Part shown: in pieces, positions 17,872-27,327 of the stretch | How positions within the stretch are numbered: the stretch's first letter is position 1 | How the letters are laid out: each line of letters starts with the position of its first letter | NCBI GenBank assembly: GCA_900768525.1 | Contig: CAAGDF010000003.1 | Coordinates: 892 to 64,891 of the forward strand | Reading direction: 5' to 3' | Source of the DNA: Clostridia bacterium | GTDB lineage: Bacteria > Bacillota > Clostridia > Christensenellales > Borkfalkiaceae | DNA: 64,000 nt | Made by a program: the position numbers and the translations under genes | The notes under the pieces: generated by a model | Databases searched by the model: none | Told to the model about the DNA's origin: nothing | What the model saw: the letters and a program-made list of their open reading frames with translations, nothing else

Positions 17872-19335
17872 TTATTTATTGTCGTCGTCGGTAACGGTTG
17901 CGCCGAACATATCTTCTTCTATCTTTTCGCCTTCGGCAAGCGTTACGTTTTTGGTAACTTCAACTTTTTTGGGCTTAAGAATGAGGTTTACGATAATGCC
18001 GAGGATGAGTGCGCAAGCGGTGCTTGAAATGCTAACTTTGCCGAATTCGAGGTATATTCCGCCAAGACCTGTAACGAAGATTGCAGCCACAACGAAGAGG
18101 TTTTTGGAATCGTCAAGGTCAACGTTCTTGAACATACGAAGACCGGATACCGCGATGAAACCGTAGAGCGCGATGCAGATTCCGCCGACTACGCAGGAGG
18201 GAATGCTTTCGATAAAGAGCATTACCGGATAGATAAATGCAAGCACGATGCACATTATTGCCGTAGTAAATATGGTGTAAACCGAAGCGTTACCTGTGAT
18301 TGCAACGCAGCCGATCGATTCGCCGTAAGTGGTGTTGGGGCAACCGCCGAAGAATGCGCCTGCAATCGAGCCTACGCCGTCGCCGAGCAACGTTCTGTGC
18401 AGTCCGGGATCTTTAAGCAGGTCGTTACCGATAATCGAAGAGATGTTCTTATGGTCGGCAACGTGTTCGGCAAATACAACCATAGCGACGGGCGCGAACG
18501 CGACGAATATATTGAGTACCGCCGTCCAGTCGAGCGGGTGAGTGGTGGAAGCCGAACCCGTAAGTTCTTTAAATGCTTCTATGAAAGAGAAGGAGGGCAG
18601 CCAGTTGTTGAAATCGGCGATTTTGGTAAATTCGCTGAAGTTGATGAGCTGCATATAGGGGACGTTGCAAAGCAAGCCGATAACCGTGAAGATGCTTGCA
18701 AGCAGATAGCCCGCGCCTACGCCGATTACGAAAGGAATAAGTTTCATCTGCTTATTGCCTTTAACCGAAGCGATTATGGTAACGATGAATGTTACAAGAC
18801 CTACGAGTATCGCAAGCAGATTGTAGTTATTTTTGCTTACGGCAATGTTCATAAGGTTGTTCATAGCCGAGCCGGAAAGGCTGAGCCCGATAAGCGCAAC
18901 GGTCGGGCCTATGATTACGGGAGGCATAAGTTTGTTGAGCCATTCGGAACCGACTTTGGTAATTATCAGCGCGATTACGACGTACACAAGTCCCGCGAAA
19001 ATCGAGCCGAGCAATATGCCGCAGTATCCGTAAAGAATACCCGTGCTGAGCGGTGCGATAAAGGCAAACGAGCTGCCTAAGAACACAGGGCTTTTAAACT
19101 TGGTGAAGAGGAGATAAACAAGAGTACCGACGCCGGCGCCGATGAGTGCCGCAGCCTGGCTCATGTTCCGAGAGAAGAATTCAAGTCCGTTCTTTGCACA
19201 AAAGTCGGCGGCGTTGCCGTTTACGAGTGCGGGCACCAGAACGGTTGCCGCAAGAATGGCAAGCACTTGCTGAAATGCAAATACGAGGTTTTTGCCGAAC
19301 GGTACTTTTTGCCGTACGTCATAGGTGAGTTTCAT
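17872..19335 (-). CDS. uraA: Uracil/xanthine permease (NCS2 family), likely the uracil permease of the pyr regulon
   Basis: 487 aa with ~13 TM helices. NCS2 motifs are present (GSSFAFI, PNTTYGESIGC). It is co-oriented directly downstream of pyrR. Confidence 0.85.
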   Translation of the reverse strand: MKLTYDVRQKVPFGKNLVFAFQQVLAILAATVLVPALVNGNAADFCAKNGLEFFSRNMSQAAALIGAGVGTLVYLLFTKFKSPVFLGSSFAFIAPLSTGILYGYCGILLGSIFAGLVYVVIALIITKVGSEWLNKLMPPVIIGPTVALIGLSLSGSAMNNLMNIAVSKNNYNLLAILVGLVTFIVTIIASVKGNKQMKLIPFVIGVGAGYLLASIFTVIGLLCNVPYMQLINFSEFTKIADFNNWLPSFSFIEAFKELTGSASTTHPLDWTAVLNIFVAFAPVAMVVFAEHVADHKNISSIIGNDLLKDPGLHRTLLGDGVGSIAGAFFGGCPNTTYGESIGCVAITGNASVYTIFTTAIMCIVLAFIYPVMLFIESIPSCVVGGICIALYGFIAVSGLRMFKNVDLDDSKNLFVVAAIFVTGLGGIYLEFGKVSISSTACALILGIIVNLILKPKKVEVTKNVTLAEGEKIEEDMFGATVTDDDNK

Positions 19336-19497
19336 AATTTTTATATCTCCTGTATAAAATTAATTACTGTATCTTTTCGGCTTTTGCGGTGGCGGGGTGC
19401 ACGTTACCGTTACTTGCGCCGCGCGCCGCCGAATTTTTGCCGCCGTTTTAGCCCGCGGTTTGCGCGGTTATTATAGGGCGTGGCATTCAATTTCGTT

Positions 19498-20043
19498 TCA
19501 GCCGTTAACACCTGTATAAAGTTTTACGTTTTGTTCGTCGTCGGTTTCAAAAAAGTTGACCGCAACCACTTCGCTTAGCTTTGTCGGCAGGTTTTTGCCC
19601 ACAAAGTCCGCGCGAATGGGCAGTTCTCTGTGCCCACGGTCTACTAAAACGGCTAGTTGTACGGACGACGGTCTACCTTTTGCAAGCGTTGCTTCAAGCG
19701 CGGCTCGAGCCGTCCGACCTGTAAATATAACGTCATCGCACAAAACGACTATTTTGTTTTTTACCTCAAACGGAATGTTCGTTCCGTTTACAACGGGCGT
19801 TTCAAACTTTTCCGTAATGTCGTCGCGATAAAGAGAGATATCGATGCTGCCGACCGGCGTTTTTACATCTTCAAATTTTTCTATATAATCGGCGAGCATT
19901 TTTGCCATAGGAACGCCGCGCGTCACAACGCCGATCAGAACAACGTTTTCAACGCCTTTATTCCTTTCTATTATTTCATGCGCTATTCTTGCGATCGCGC
20001 GGTTTACGGACTGTTCGTCCAGAATAATCTTTTCTTCCGTCAT
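19498..20043 (-). CDS. pyrR: Bifunctional pyr mRNA-binding attenuation protein / uracil phosphoribosyltransferase
   Basis: Start MTEEKIILDEQSVNRAIARIAHEI; PRPP motif VVLCDDVIFTGRT. I chose the ATG at 20043 because the ORF-track N-terminal extension overlaps the attenuator terminator. Confidence 0.93.
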   Translation of the reverse strand: MTEEKIILDEQSVNRAIARIAHEIIERNKGVENVVLIGVVTRGVPMAKMLADYIEKFEDVKTPVGSIDISLYRDDITEKFETPVVNGTNIPFEVKNKIVVLCDDVIFTGRTARAALEATLAKGRPSSVQLAVLVDRGHRELPIRADFVGKNLPTKLSEVVAVNFFETDDEQNVKLYTGVNG

Positions 20044-20055
20044 TTTCCGTCGCGA

Positions 20056-20205
20056 TACAAAACAAAAACGCCTTGCATACCGCAAAGCGTCAATAACCAT
20101 AATCAAACCGAGCTTTAAATCGCCCTTAAAAATCTGAAATTATCGTTTGCCTTGCGGACCTCTCGTGCCCGGCGGGTATCGCAGTACCCCTTAAAGACTT
20201 ATCGA
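20056..20205 (-). promoter_or_regulatory. PyrR-binding attenuator (binding loop plus intrinsic terminator) in the pyrR leader
   Basis: The minus-strand RNA contains GGGCACGAGAGGUCCGCAAGG (plus 20150-20170), matching the PyrR-box core ...GAGAGG...GCAAGG. Downstream is the terminator cgcuuugc/gcaaggcg (plus 20068-20090) followed by a U-run. Confidence 0.8.
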
Positions 20206-20210
20206 TTGGC

Positions 20211-20239
20211 ATTATAACGAATTAAAAAAAATATGTCAA
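20211..20239 (-). promoter_or_regulatory. Consensus sigma-A promoter (TTGACA-17-TATAAT) of the pyrR-uraA operon
   Basis: Minus strand: TTGACA is plus 20234-20239, the spacer is 17 nt, and TATAAT is plus 20211-20216. Confidence 0.8.
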
Positions 20240-20356
20240 CTCAAAAAAACGCCGGATAAAAAATTTGTTCCGAAAATTTTTTATCCGGGAACACCCGCGT
20301 CCTTTGGCAGACCTGCAATTTTTTTTGTCTGCCTTTCATCTTGCGCCGCAAAAGTC

Positions 20357-20376
20357 GCGATAATCGACCTATAGGC
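20357..20376 (+). repeat. Dispersed repeat, class A, forward: GCGATAATCGACCTATAGGC
   Basis: Exact match to the consensus, flanked by caaaagtc on the 5' side and gtttttttt on the 3' side. It lies in the spacer between DUF2804 and the pyrR promoter. Confidence 0.9.
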
Positions 20377-20469
20377 GTTTTTTTTGCGTTACAAGTATGG
20401 CACGTCGGGTGTTATTGCGTGTATTCTACCACTGCAAAATATATCACACGCACTTATAGTGAACCCGCA

Positions 20470-21501
20470 TTACCAGCGGTTGCGGACGTGTTCGGCGAAA
20501 CCGATTTTATCTTTAATTTCGATAACTTTGCCGTCGTCAAGGATAACCGTGCCGGAAAATAAACCGAATACTTGATGCTGATTGCTCGATATAATAAGGG
20601 CGTTGGCGTTGTCGTAACGGTCGATCAGCGGAACAAAAGACAAGTTAAACCTGCCTTCATCGTCGGTAAAAGTCCATGTCGACATATAATCAAAGCCCTT
20701 GCCGTTGTGTTTTTTTGGAATATTGAAAACGACCTGATTGAGTTTATGCGCTTTTCCGTCGTAAAACAGCATGTTCTCGGATGCGGCGGAGGTGTCGCCG
20801 AACCCGTAACCGATATTGAACCCGAATTTTACGTCGTCTATAAGACATTGCAGGCTGCCCCAGTACCACTCGTTGGAATAAGTCCACACGCCGCGCCCCC
20901 AGTCGAGGGTGGCTAGCGAGTTTTCTTCGCTGAAAACGTAGCGGTTTTTGCCGATAGAGCAGTAGCCGCGCGCGGTCATCGCGTTGGCTTTGATGTTGTA
21001 ATAAAAATGTTTCGGCTTGTCGAACGGCGTGGCTATAACTATTTTATCGCGCGGTTCGTCGAAAAGTTCAAATTCGCAGGTAAAATCTTGTTTTTTGTCA
21101 AACTGTCTGAACGTAAAAGTCAGCTTGCGAATGCCGTTTTCCTGCGCAAAGCACCCGTCTACTTTTTTATCTTTATAACAGACCGTGCCCGTGCGGTAGT
21201 CGGGCGTAAGCCCGATTTTCCCAAAAGATAAGGCGTGCATCGTGCTCTTTGTTATGTAAGTGCGTTTTTCGAAATCGAGAAAACTCACCGACGCCAAAGA
21301 CATGTACGAGTTGTCGTCGATTGTCAGGCACACGCCTTGTTTGCCGTTGGAAATAAAATAGTAATCCCATTCCTTAATGCGCAGTTTGCCCGCTTTGATC
21401 GCTTTTCGGTCGTAAATCTTTACCGCCTCGGTAGCGTATCCGCACTCGGTAAGATTGCCGTTTTCGTCCAGAAGATTGCCCGCGCTGAGTATTTTTTGCA
21501 T
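20470..21501 (-). CDS. DUF2804-like protein
   Basis: 343 aa from the ATG at 21501 (MQKILSAGNLLDENGN...; GAGGGA RBS). The pattern KEWDYYFI...LDWGRGVWTYSNEWYWG is what I recall for DUF2804. Function is unknown. Confidence 0.6.
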   Translation of the reverse strand: MQKILSAGNLLDENGNLTECGYATEAVKIYDRKAIKAGKLRIKEWDYYFISNGKQGVCLTIDDNSYMSLASVSFLDFEKRTYITKSTMHALSFGKIGLTPDYRTGTVCYKDKKVDGCFAQENGIRKLTFTFRQFDKKQDFTCEFELFDEPRDKIVIATPFDKPKHFYYNIKANAMTARGYCSIGKNRYVFSEENSLATLDWGRGVWTYSNEWYWGSLQCLIDDVKFGFNIGYGFGDTSAASENMLFYDGKAHKLNQVVFNIPKKHNGKGFDYMSTWTFTDDEGRFNLSFVPLIDRYDNANALIISSNQHQVFGLFSGTVILDDGKVIEIKDKIGFAEHVRNRW

Positions 21502-21740
21502 TTTTTCCCTCTCAAAATGTAAAGCAGTAATAAAAGGCTGCTCTTGATCTGTAATATACCATAAAAAAACCGCTTTGTAAACGGCAAAGCGATTTTTCCA
21601 TATGTTTTTCACTTAGATTACACGCGTCTTACAATACGCGTTCTTTTCGGCGTTTTATTTGTTTAATTGTTAATTTTTGCGGCTTGTTTTGCTTGTTTTT
21701 GCCGAGCGTTTAACGTTTACGTTTATGCCGCAAAACAAAA

Positions 21741-23633
21741 TTATGCGCCGACCGAAGATTTCAAGCGTTCGCGTTCGTACTGAACGGTGTACAAATTGTA
21801 ATATTTGCCTTTCTTCGCAATAAGTTCGTCGTGCGTGCCTTGTTCGAGAATTTTTCCGTCGTCCATAACGATTATAACGTCGGCGTGGCGAACGGTGGAA
21901 AGCCTGTGCGCGACTATCAGCATAGTTCCGCGGTTCATCATTTTTTCCAAAGAATTGCGGATGAGCGATTCTGTTTCGGCGTCGATATTCGCCGTCGCCT
22001 CGTCAAGAATCATAACGTCGGGTTTGTGAATAACCGTTCTTGCAAAGGATAGCAGTTGCCGTTGCCCCGCAGAGAGGTTGTTTCCGCGTTCGCGTATTTC
22101 GTGGTCAAGCCCGTCGGGCAGTCGTTCGATAAACTTATCGGCGTTCACGTACTCGCAGGCGTGCTTAATTTCGTCGTCGGTAAACTCGCCGTCAAGCGCG
22201 ATATTGCTGCGGATCGTGCCCGAAAACAGGAACACGTCCTGCAACATTTGTCCGATATGCCGTCTTAAACTCGAAATAGTGTACTCGGTGATGTCTTTGC
22301 CGTCAATGAGTATCTGACCTTTCTGAATATCGTAGTTGCGACACAGTAGCGAAAGTATAGTTGTTTTGCCCGCACCCGTCGCACCGACGAACGCCGCTGT
22401 TTCGCCCGCGCGTATTTTAAACGATAAATCTTTAAGTATCCATTCGTCTGGTTCATACGCAAACCACACGTTTTTAAACTCTATATCGCCGTGAATTTTT
22501 TCAATATCGGTCGCGCCGTCGGTATCGTTAACCGTCGGCTTTTCGTCCATAATGATAAAGATTTTCTCGGCGGAAGCGAAAGCCGATTGCAAAAAGTTGA
22601 ACTGTTCGGCAAGACTTTGAATAGGGTTGAAGAACTTGGATATGTACATATAAAACGTAACCAGCGTGCCCGCGGTGATTGCCTGACCTAAGAACGATGC
22701 GCCGTCGAGATAGCCTTTTCCGCCGAGGTAGAAAAGGCACATAACCGAGGTAACGTAAAGCATATAGACAACCGGTCTGAAAATGCCGAAAACGAATAAC
22801 TGTCTGAACCGCGCGCTGCGCAGCTTATTGTTTTTGTCCGAAAATTCGTCGAGTTTTGCCTGCTCGCGGTTGAACGCCTGAATGATTTTTATACCCGACA
22901 AATTTTCCGAAAGAAAAGTATTTATATCGGTAGTTCCGTCGCGGACGGCGCGGTACGCCTTACGCGAAAACTTGCGGAATATCAGCGTAAACAACACGAT
23001 GAACGGCACGAAACAGGTAATCATAAGCGCAAGTTCGTAGTTAAGCACAACCATCGCCACGAACACGCAAATCACCATAAAAAAGTTTTTGGCAAGGTTC
23101 ACAAGCACGCCCACAAACAAATGCGAAATGGCGTTTGTGTCGCTTGTAATTCGCGAAACCAGCTTGCCGACGGGCAGTTTGTGAAGTTGCTCGTGCGAAA
23201 GGCTTTCGATTTTTCTGAATAAATCGTTTCTTAAATCGCTGAGTATCTTTTGCCCGGTTCTTTGCAGTATTATCGATTGCGCATACGTTGCCGCGAGCGA
23301 CAGCAGTAAAATCGATACATAAACGGCGAGCCTTATGTACAGCGCGGGCAGTTCGAAATCCGATTTTACAAGGTCCTCGATATTGCCGATGAGTAGCGGC
23401 GATATAACCCCGTACGAAACCGAAACGAGCATTAAAAACAGCACCGCCAAAAAGTTTTTGCCATAGGGTTTTGCGTAGCCGAGCAGTCTTTTCATTATCT
23501 CGGAGTCTTTCAGCGTGCGGTCGAAGCCTATTGCTTCTTTTTTGTTTTTCATCAGCGCATAGGCGATTATGAATGCCGCCGAGAACAAGCCGACTATTGC
23601 GCCTGCAACGAGCAGGGGAAAATATTCACGCAT
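21741..23633 (-). CDS. ABC exporter, fused permease/ATPase (heterodimer partner B)
   Basis: Six-TM domain plus an NBD: GATGAGKTT, LSAGQRQLLSFAR, MILDEATANID. Confidence 0.9.
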   Translation of the reverse strand: MREYFPLLVAGAIVGLFSAAFIIAYALMKNKKEAIGFDRTLKDSEIMKRLLGYAKPYGKNFLAVLFLMLVSVSYGVISPLLIGNIEDLVKSDFELPALYIRLAVYVSILLLSLAATYAQSIILQRTGQKILSDLRNDLFRKIESLSHEQLHKLPVGKLVSRITSDTNAISHLFVGVLVNLAKNFFMVICVFVAMVVLNYELALMITCFVPFIVLFTLIFRKFSRKAYRAVRDGTTDINTFLSENLSGIKIIQAFNREQAKLDEFSDKNNKLRSARFRQLFVFGIFRPVVYMLYVTSVMCLFYLGGKGYLDGASFLGQAITAGTLVTFYMYISKFFNPIQSLAEQFNFLQSAFASAEKIFIIMDEKPTVNDTDGATDIEKIHGDIEFKNVWFAYEPDEWILKDLSFKIRAGETAAFVGATGAGKTTILSLLCRNYDIQKGQILIDGKDITEYTISSLRRHIGQMLQDVFLFSGTIRSNIALDGEFTDDEIKHACEYVNADKFIERLPDGLDHEIRERGNNLSAGQRQLLSFARTVIHKPDVMILDEATANIDAETESLIRNSLEKMMNRGTMLIVAHRLSTVRHADVIIVMDDGKILEQGTHDELIAKKGKYYNLYTVQYERERLKSSVGA

Positions 23634-25383
23634 TTAAACCTTCCTCCTCGTCGATTTTTTGCAGTTTTACCGTTTCGGCGTATTGCGGGCAAGTTGCAAG
23701 CAGCTCGTCATGCGTGCCGGAACGCAGCACTTTGCCGTTTTCAAGGTAAACTATCATATCCGCACCCGCTATGGTGGAGATTCTGTGCGAAAGCAAAATA
23801 GTGGTTTTGTCGCGCCGTATGCTATCAAGATTTTTCAAAAACGTATGCTCGGTGTCGGTGTCAACCGCGGAAAGCGAATCGTCAAGAATGAGCACGGCTG
23901 CGTTTTTAAGCAGCGCGCGCGCAATGGAAATTCTTTGCTTTTGCCCGCCCGAAACGGTTACGCCGCGTTCGCCTAAAACGGTGTCGTAACCCTCGGTAAA
24001 TTCCGAAATATCGTCGTTTACCACCGAAAGCGTTGCCGCTTGTATAATCTCTTCTCGCGTAAAATTGCCCGTAGAAAAGGCAATATTGTTGGCGATTGTA
24101 TCGCTGAACAAAAAATTGTCCTGCGGAACGTACGCCACGTTCGCCCGTACCGACTTAACTGTCAGTACGTTCACGTCCTTGCCGTCGATAAACATACATC
24201 CGTCGGGTATCTCGTACAAGCGCAAAATAAGGTCGGCGATTGTGGTTTTGCCTGCACCCGTGCGCCCGGTAATGCCCACCATGCTGCCCGCGGGTATTTT
24301 AAAACTGACGTTTTCGAGCACGGGGGCGTCGCCGTCGGGGTAGGCGAAAGTGAGATTTTTAAATTCGATTTCGCCCCTCGCTTGGGTTAAGTCGAACGCT
24401 CCGTCTTTGTCTTTAATAATATGTTTTTCGTCGAGCAGTTTGCTCACGCGCGCAAGCGATGCTTTTCCGCGGGAGTGCATGTCGATAAGCTCGGAAAGCG
24501 CGATTATCGGCCAGACGATAGAGGTAAAATAGCCGAGGAATTCTACAAGCTGCCCCGCGTCGAACGTTTTGTTATACACGAGATAACCGCCGTAACCGAT
24601 TATTACGCAAACCACCGATTCCACGAATAAGTCTACGAAAATGTTCAGCGTGGCCGAAAGTTTTGCGTATTCCACGTTGATTTCTTCGTTTTCTTTGTTA
24701 AGTTTTTTAAAGCGCAGCAGTTCTTTGCCTTCTTTTACGAACGCTTTTATTACCGAAAGCCCCGAAAAACTCTCCTGCGCAAAGTCGGACAGCCGCGAGT
24801 ATTTTTGCTGCCGCTTATCCCATTTTTCAGAAATGCTTTTGCCTATCGTAACGCCGCAAATAAACAAAAATACCATCGGTATAAGTGAGAAAAGGGTGAG
24901 ATAAATATTCATTCTTGCCATTTTTATTATGGCAAGCACGCCTATCAGCATCGCGTCCACAAACATCAGTATGCCCGAGCCGAAGCAGTCCTCCAGCGTT
25001 TCGAGGTCGTTCGTGTAGTAAGCCATAAGGTCGCCGACTTTGTTCACCTGATAAAACTCCTGCGAAAGATCCTTGCATTTGTCGAAGAGCCTTCTGCGAA
25101 GGTCGGATTCCATTCGTATGGAGGAGCCGAACAGGCAAATACGCCATAAAAATCGCCCCGCAACGAGTACGAGAATAATCGTAAGCATCGGCAAACAAAT
25201 TTTTTCAAGCAGGTAGTCGAGCGTAAAGTTTTCTATTTTGCCGTTCAGCGCGTTTACAACAATGCGGTAAATTTCGGGTATTTTCAGCTGAAAATAGTCA
25301 ACGAGCGCAAGTGCCATAGCGCCCAGAAGAAGCATATGAAGATAGCGCAGGTAATACCTGTTTATGTGTTTTCCGAAAATCAT
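23626..25383 (-). CDS. ABC exporter, fused permease/ATPase (heterodimer partner A)
   Basis: Six-TM domain plus an NBD: GRTGAGKTT, VSGGQKQRISIARAL, LILDDSLSAVD. It overlaps its partner by 8 nt. Confidence 0.9.
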   Translation of the reverse strand: MIFGKHINRYYLRYLHMLLLGAMALALVDYFQLKIPEIYRIVVNALNGKIENFTLDYLLEKICLPMLTIILVLVAGRFLWRICLFGSSIRMESDLRRRLFDKCKDLSQEFYQVNKVGDLMAYYTNDLETLEDCFGSGILMFVDAMLIGVLAIIKMARMNIYLTLFSLIPMVFLFICGVTIGKSISEKWDKRQQKYSRLSDFAQESFSGLSVIKAFVKEGKELLRFKKLNKENEEINVEYAKLSATLNIFVDLFVESVVCVIIGYGGYLVYNKTFDAGQLVEFLGYFTSIVWPIIALSELIDMHSRGKASLARVSKLLDEKHIIKDKDGAFDLTQARGEIEFKNLTFAYPDGDAPVLENVSFKIPAGSMVGITGRTGAGKTTIADLILRLYEIPDGCMFIDGKDVNVLTVKSVRANVAYVPQDNFLFSDTIANNIAFSTGNFTREEIIQAATLSVVNDDISEFTEGYDTVLGERGVTVSGGQKQRISIARALLKNAAVLILDDSLSAVDTDTEHTFLKNLDSIRRDKTTILLSHRISTIAGADMIVYLENGKVLRSGTHDELLATCPQYAETVKLQKIDEEEGLNA

Positions 25384-25484
25384 AAAGCCTCCTTTGTGCG
25401 TTAAAATCAGTGCGTTTGTCGACCAAATTGCCTGATTGTTGCGGTTTGTTCTATCGAAGTTGAAAATATCTAAGTATTTTATGT

Positions 25485-25513
25485 ATTATATATGATGAAC
25501 TATAAAGTGTCAA
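25485..25513 (-). promoter_or_regulatory. Consensus sigma-A promoter (TTGACA-17-TATAAT) for the ABC exporter operon
   Basis: Minus strand: TTGACA is plus 25508-25513, the spacer is 17 nt, and TATAAT is plus 25485-25490. Confidence 0.75.
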
Positions 25514-25559
25514 GAAATATCCGCGAGAAAACACAGTTTTGCGTTTTTTTGCTCTTTTA

Positions 25560-25588
25560 TTGACAAACTTTGCGAAAGTAACTATAAT
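25560..25588 (+). promoter_or_regulatory. Consensus sigma-A promoter (TTGACA-17-TATAAT) for the ECF sigma operon
   Basis: TTGACA at 25560-25565, a 17-nt spacer, TATAAT at 25583-25588. Confidence 0.75.
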
Positions 25589-25683
25589 AATAAAAAAAAT
25601 GTCAGGAAAAATGTCGTTTGCTGCGTATTATTGTTGTCCGGCATGCGGATAAACGATGTAAGAGCAAACGCAGAAGGTAAATT

Positions 25684-26214
25684 ATGGGCGAGGGCGAATT
25701 GGCGTACAAGAGATATATCGATGGCGACGACTCGTCTTTTGAAGAGGTCGTCCGCATTTATCGTGCCGAAGTAACCGCTTACGCGCTCAGTATCGTCCGC
25801 AACAGGTTTGCCGCGGAGGACGTTGCCGCCGACGTTTTTTGTTACGTCGTGTGCCACAAGAAAAAGTATAATTTTTCCGTTCCGCTTAAATATTATTTGC
25901 TAATGATTTGCAAATCGCGCGCGCTCGATTATTATCGGCGGGAGAAGAAATATATACCGCTCGACGAGGCGATAAATGTCGAAAGCGAGCGCGACAACGT
26001 TGTCGAAATGATTGTTAAAGACGAACGCAAAAGTGCCGTTTATCGTGCTATAGGCGGACTTCCTGCCGAAATGCGCTCGGCTGTTTACCTCTTTTACTTT
26101 GAAGAAATGAGTTACGACGACGTTGCGAAAATAATGAAGATAAACAAAAAGAAAGTCGATAATTTGCTGTATGCGGCAAAACAAAAATTAAAAAAGGAGC
26201 TGTGCGATTTATGA
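25684..26214 (+). CDS. ECF-type (group 4) RNA polymerase sigma-70 family factor
   Basis: 176 aa with a region 2 (...AEDVAADVF...) and a region 4 HTH (VYLFYFEEMSYDDVAKIMKINKKKVDNLLYAAKQKL). Confidence 0.85.
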   Translation: MGEGELAYKRYIDGDDSSFEEVVRIYRAEVTAYALSIVRNRFAAEDVAADVFCYVVCHKKKYNFSVPLKYYLLMICKSRALDYYRREKKYIPLDEAINVESERDNVVEMIVKDERKSAVYRAIGGLPAEMRSAVYLFYFEEMSYDDVAKIMKINKKKVDNLLYAAKQKLKKELCDL

Positions 26215-26726
26215 AAAAGGACAAGATAACGCCAACGAATACGGATGCAAAAATTTTGTCCGACGGTGAATTTACCGCCGAAGTTTTTGCGCGCGCAAAA
26301 CGTAAGAAAGCTGCTTTTCGTAAAAAGGTCGCTGGTGCAATAGCGACCGTATGCGCGGCATGTTTTGTTTTTACGGGTATCGGTATAGGCATAAGTTCGG
26401 CGGCGGGCGGCAATAAAGCCGATGCTGCGCCGGGCAGGCGTGACGATAGTTTTATTTCGGGTTATAACGATTACGCCATAGTAGACGGAAATTACGTTTT
26501 CTTACCGCCCGAAGAGAGTAATCGTTTAAGGGCGATTATCGATGCGGCTTCAAAAAACGGCGAAAGTATAGTAGAGGACGGTGTAAACGACGACTATTGT
26601 TTTGCCGTTATGATCGACGGCGTTCGGTATATGTTTTTTAAAGACGGCGTGTCTTTTAAAAACACCGTCGTAAAAAGCAAAAACGTCGGCAATATCGCCA
26701 AAAGCGTATTAAAAGGCGGGCTATAA
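26211..26726 (+). CDS. Putative single-pass membrane anti-sigma factor
   Basis: ATGA start/stop overlap with the sigma gene, an AGGAG RBS, and one TM helix (VAGAIATVCAACFVFTGIGIGI). The call is by context only. Confidence 0.5.
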   Translation: MKKDKITPTNTDAKILSDGEFTAEVFARAKRKKAAFRKKVAGAIATVCAACFVFTGIGIGISSAAGGNKADAAPGRRDDSFISGYNDYAIVDGNYVFLPPEESNRLRAIIDAASKNGESIVEDGVNDDYCFAVMIDGVRYMFFKDGVSFKNTVVKSKNVGNIAKSVLKGGL

Positions 26727-26738
26727 GTCGATTATTGC
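26719..26738 (-). repeat. Dispersed repeat, class A, reverse: ggctataagtcgattattgc
   Basis: One mismatch to the consensus. The repeat's TAA supplies the stop codon of the 26211-26726 CDS. Confidence 0.85.
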
Positions 26739-26785
26739 CACTTTTGCGGCATAAACGTATATTTAATTACAAACCTGATAAATCG

Positions 26786-26805
26786 CGCTATAAGTCAATT
26801 ATCGC
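26786..26805 (-). repeat. Dispersed repeat, class A, reverse: cgctataagtcaattatcgc
   Basis: Same orientation as the copy 67 nt upstream, with two mismatches to the consensus. Confidence 0.8.
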
Positions 26806-26822
26806 AACATTTTATATAAAAC

Positions 26823-26857
26823 AAAAAGCCGTCGGGTAATCTTCCCGACGGCTTTAG
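26823..26857. terminator. Bidirectional intrinsic terminator (anti-sigma / spoVG convergent)
   Basis: agccgtcggg (26827-26836) / cccgacggct (26844-26853), flanked by A and T runs. Confidence 0.85.
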
Positions 26858-26872
26858 CTTTTTAAAAAGCGA

Positions 26873-27139
26873 TTATGCGTTTGCAGTCTCTTTTTCGTAC
26901 GCCGCCATTACTGCGGAAATAAGTGCGTTACGCGCTTCTGCGTTGATGGGGTGAGCGATATCTCTGTATTCGCCGTCCTGAGTTTTGCGAGAGGGCATTG
27001 CAACGAAGCAACCGTCGGTTCCTTCAACGATTTTTATATCGTGAATAGCGATAGCGTCGTCTAAAGTTATCGAAGCAACCGCTTTAAGTTTACTGTCTTC
27101 TTTTTGTACCATCCTGATTCTTACGTCTGTAATGTTCAT
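26873..27139 (-). CDS. spoVG: Septation / RNA-binding protein SpoVG
   Basis: 88 aa: MNITDVRIRMV...KLKAVASITLDDAIAIHDIKIVEG...FVAMPSRKT.DGEYRDIAHPIN. Confidence 0.95.
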   Translation of the reverse strand: MNITDVRIRMVQKEDSKLKAVASITLDDAIAIHDIKIVEGTDGCFVAMPSRKTQDGEYRDIAHPINAEARNALISAVMAAYEKETANA

Positions 27140-27202
27140 TTTTTTACCGCCTTATTATGTATTTTTTGCCGCTCAATGGTAGTCTGCGGCTTTGTGATTT
27201 AT

Positions 27203-27231
27203 ATAATACTATAAAACGAAACAAATTTCAA
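27203..27231 (-). promoter_or_regulatory. Sigma-A-type promoter (TTGAAA-17-TATTAT) for spoVG
   Basis: Minus strand: TTGAAA is plus 27226-27231, the spacer is 17 nt, and TATTAT is plus 27203-27208. Confidence 0.6.
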
Positions 27232-27327
27232 TAGTTTTTTTAAAAAAATATCTCAAAAATTAAAATTTTTATATACTTTTGACCCAAAAAAAGATAAATT
27301 CGGCAAAAATGCGTCATATCATGAAGT

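Noticed and set aside
18397-19080. 227-aa plus-strand ORF
   Set aside because: It is antisense to the NCS2 permease gene. It is basic and Arg-rich, as expected from reading a hydrophobic-protein gene backwards.
19336-19497. An expected second PyrR-binding attenuator between pyrR and uraA
   Set aside because: The spacer is GC-rich, but I could not find the ...GAGAGG...GCAAGG box or a terminator with a U-run, so no feature is called.
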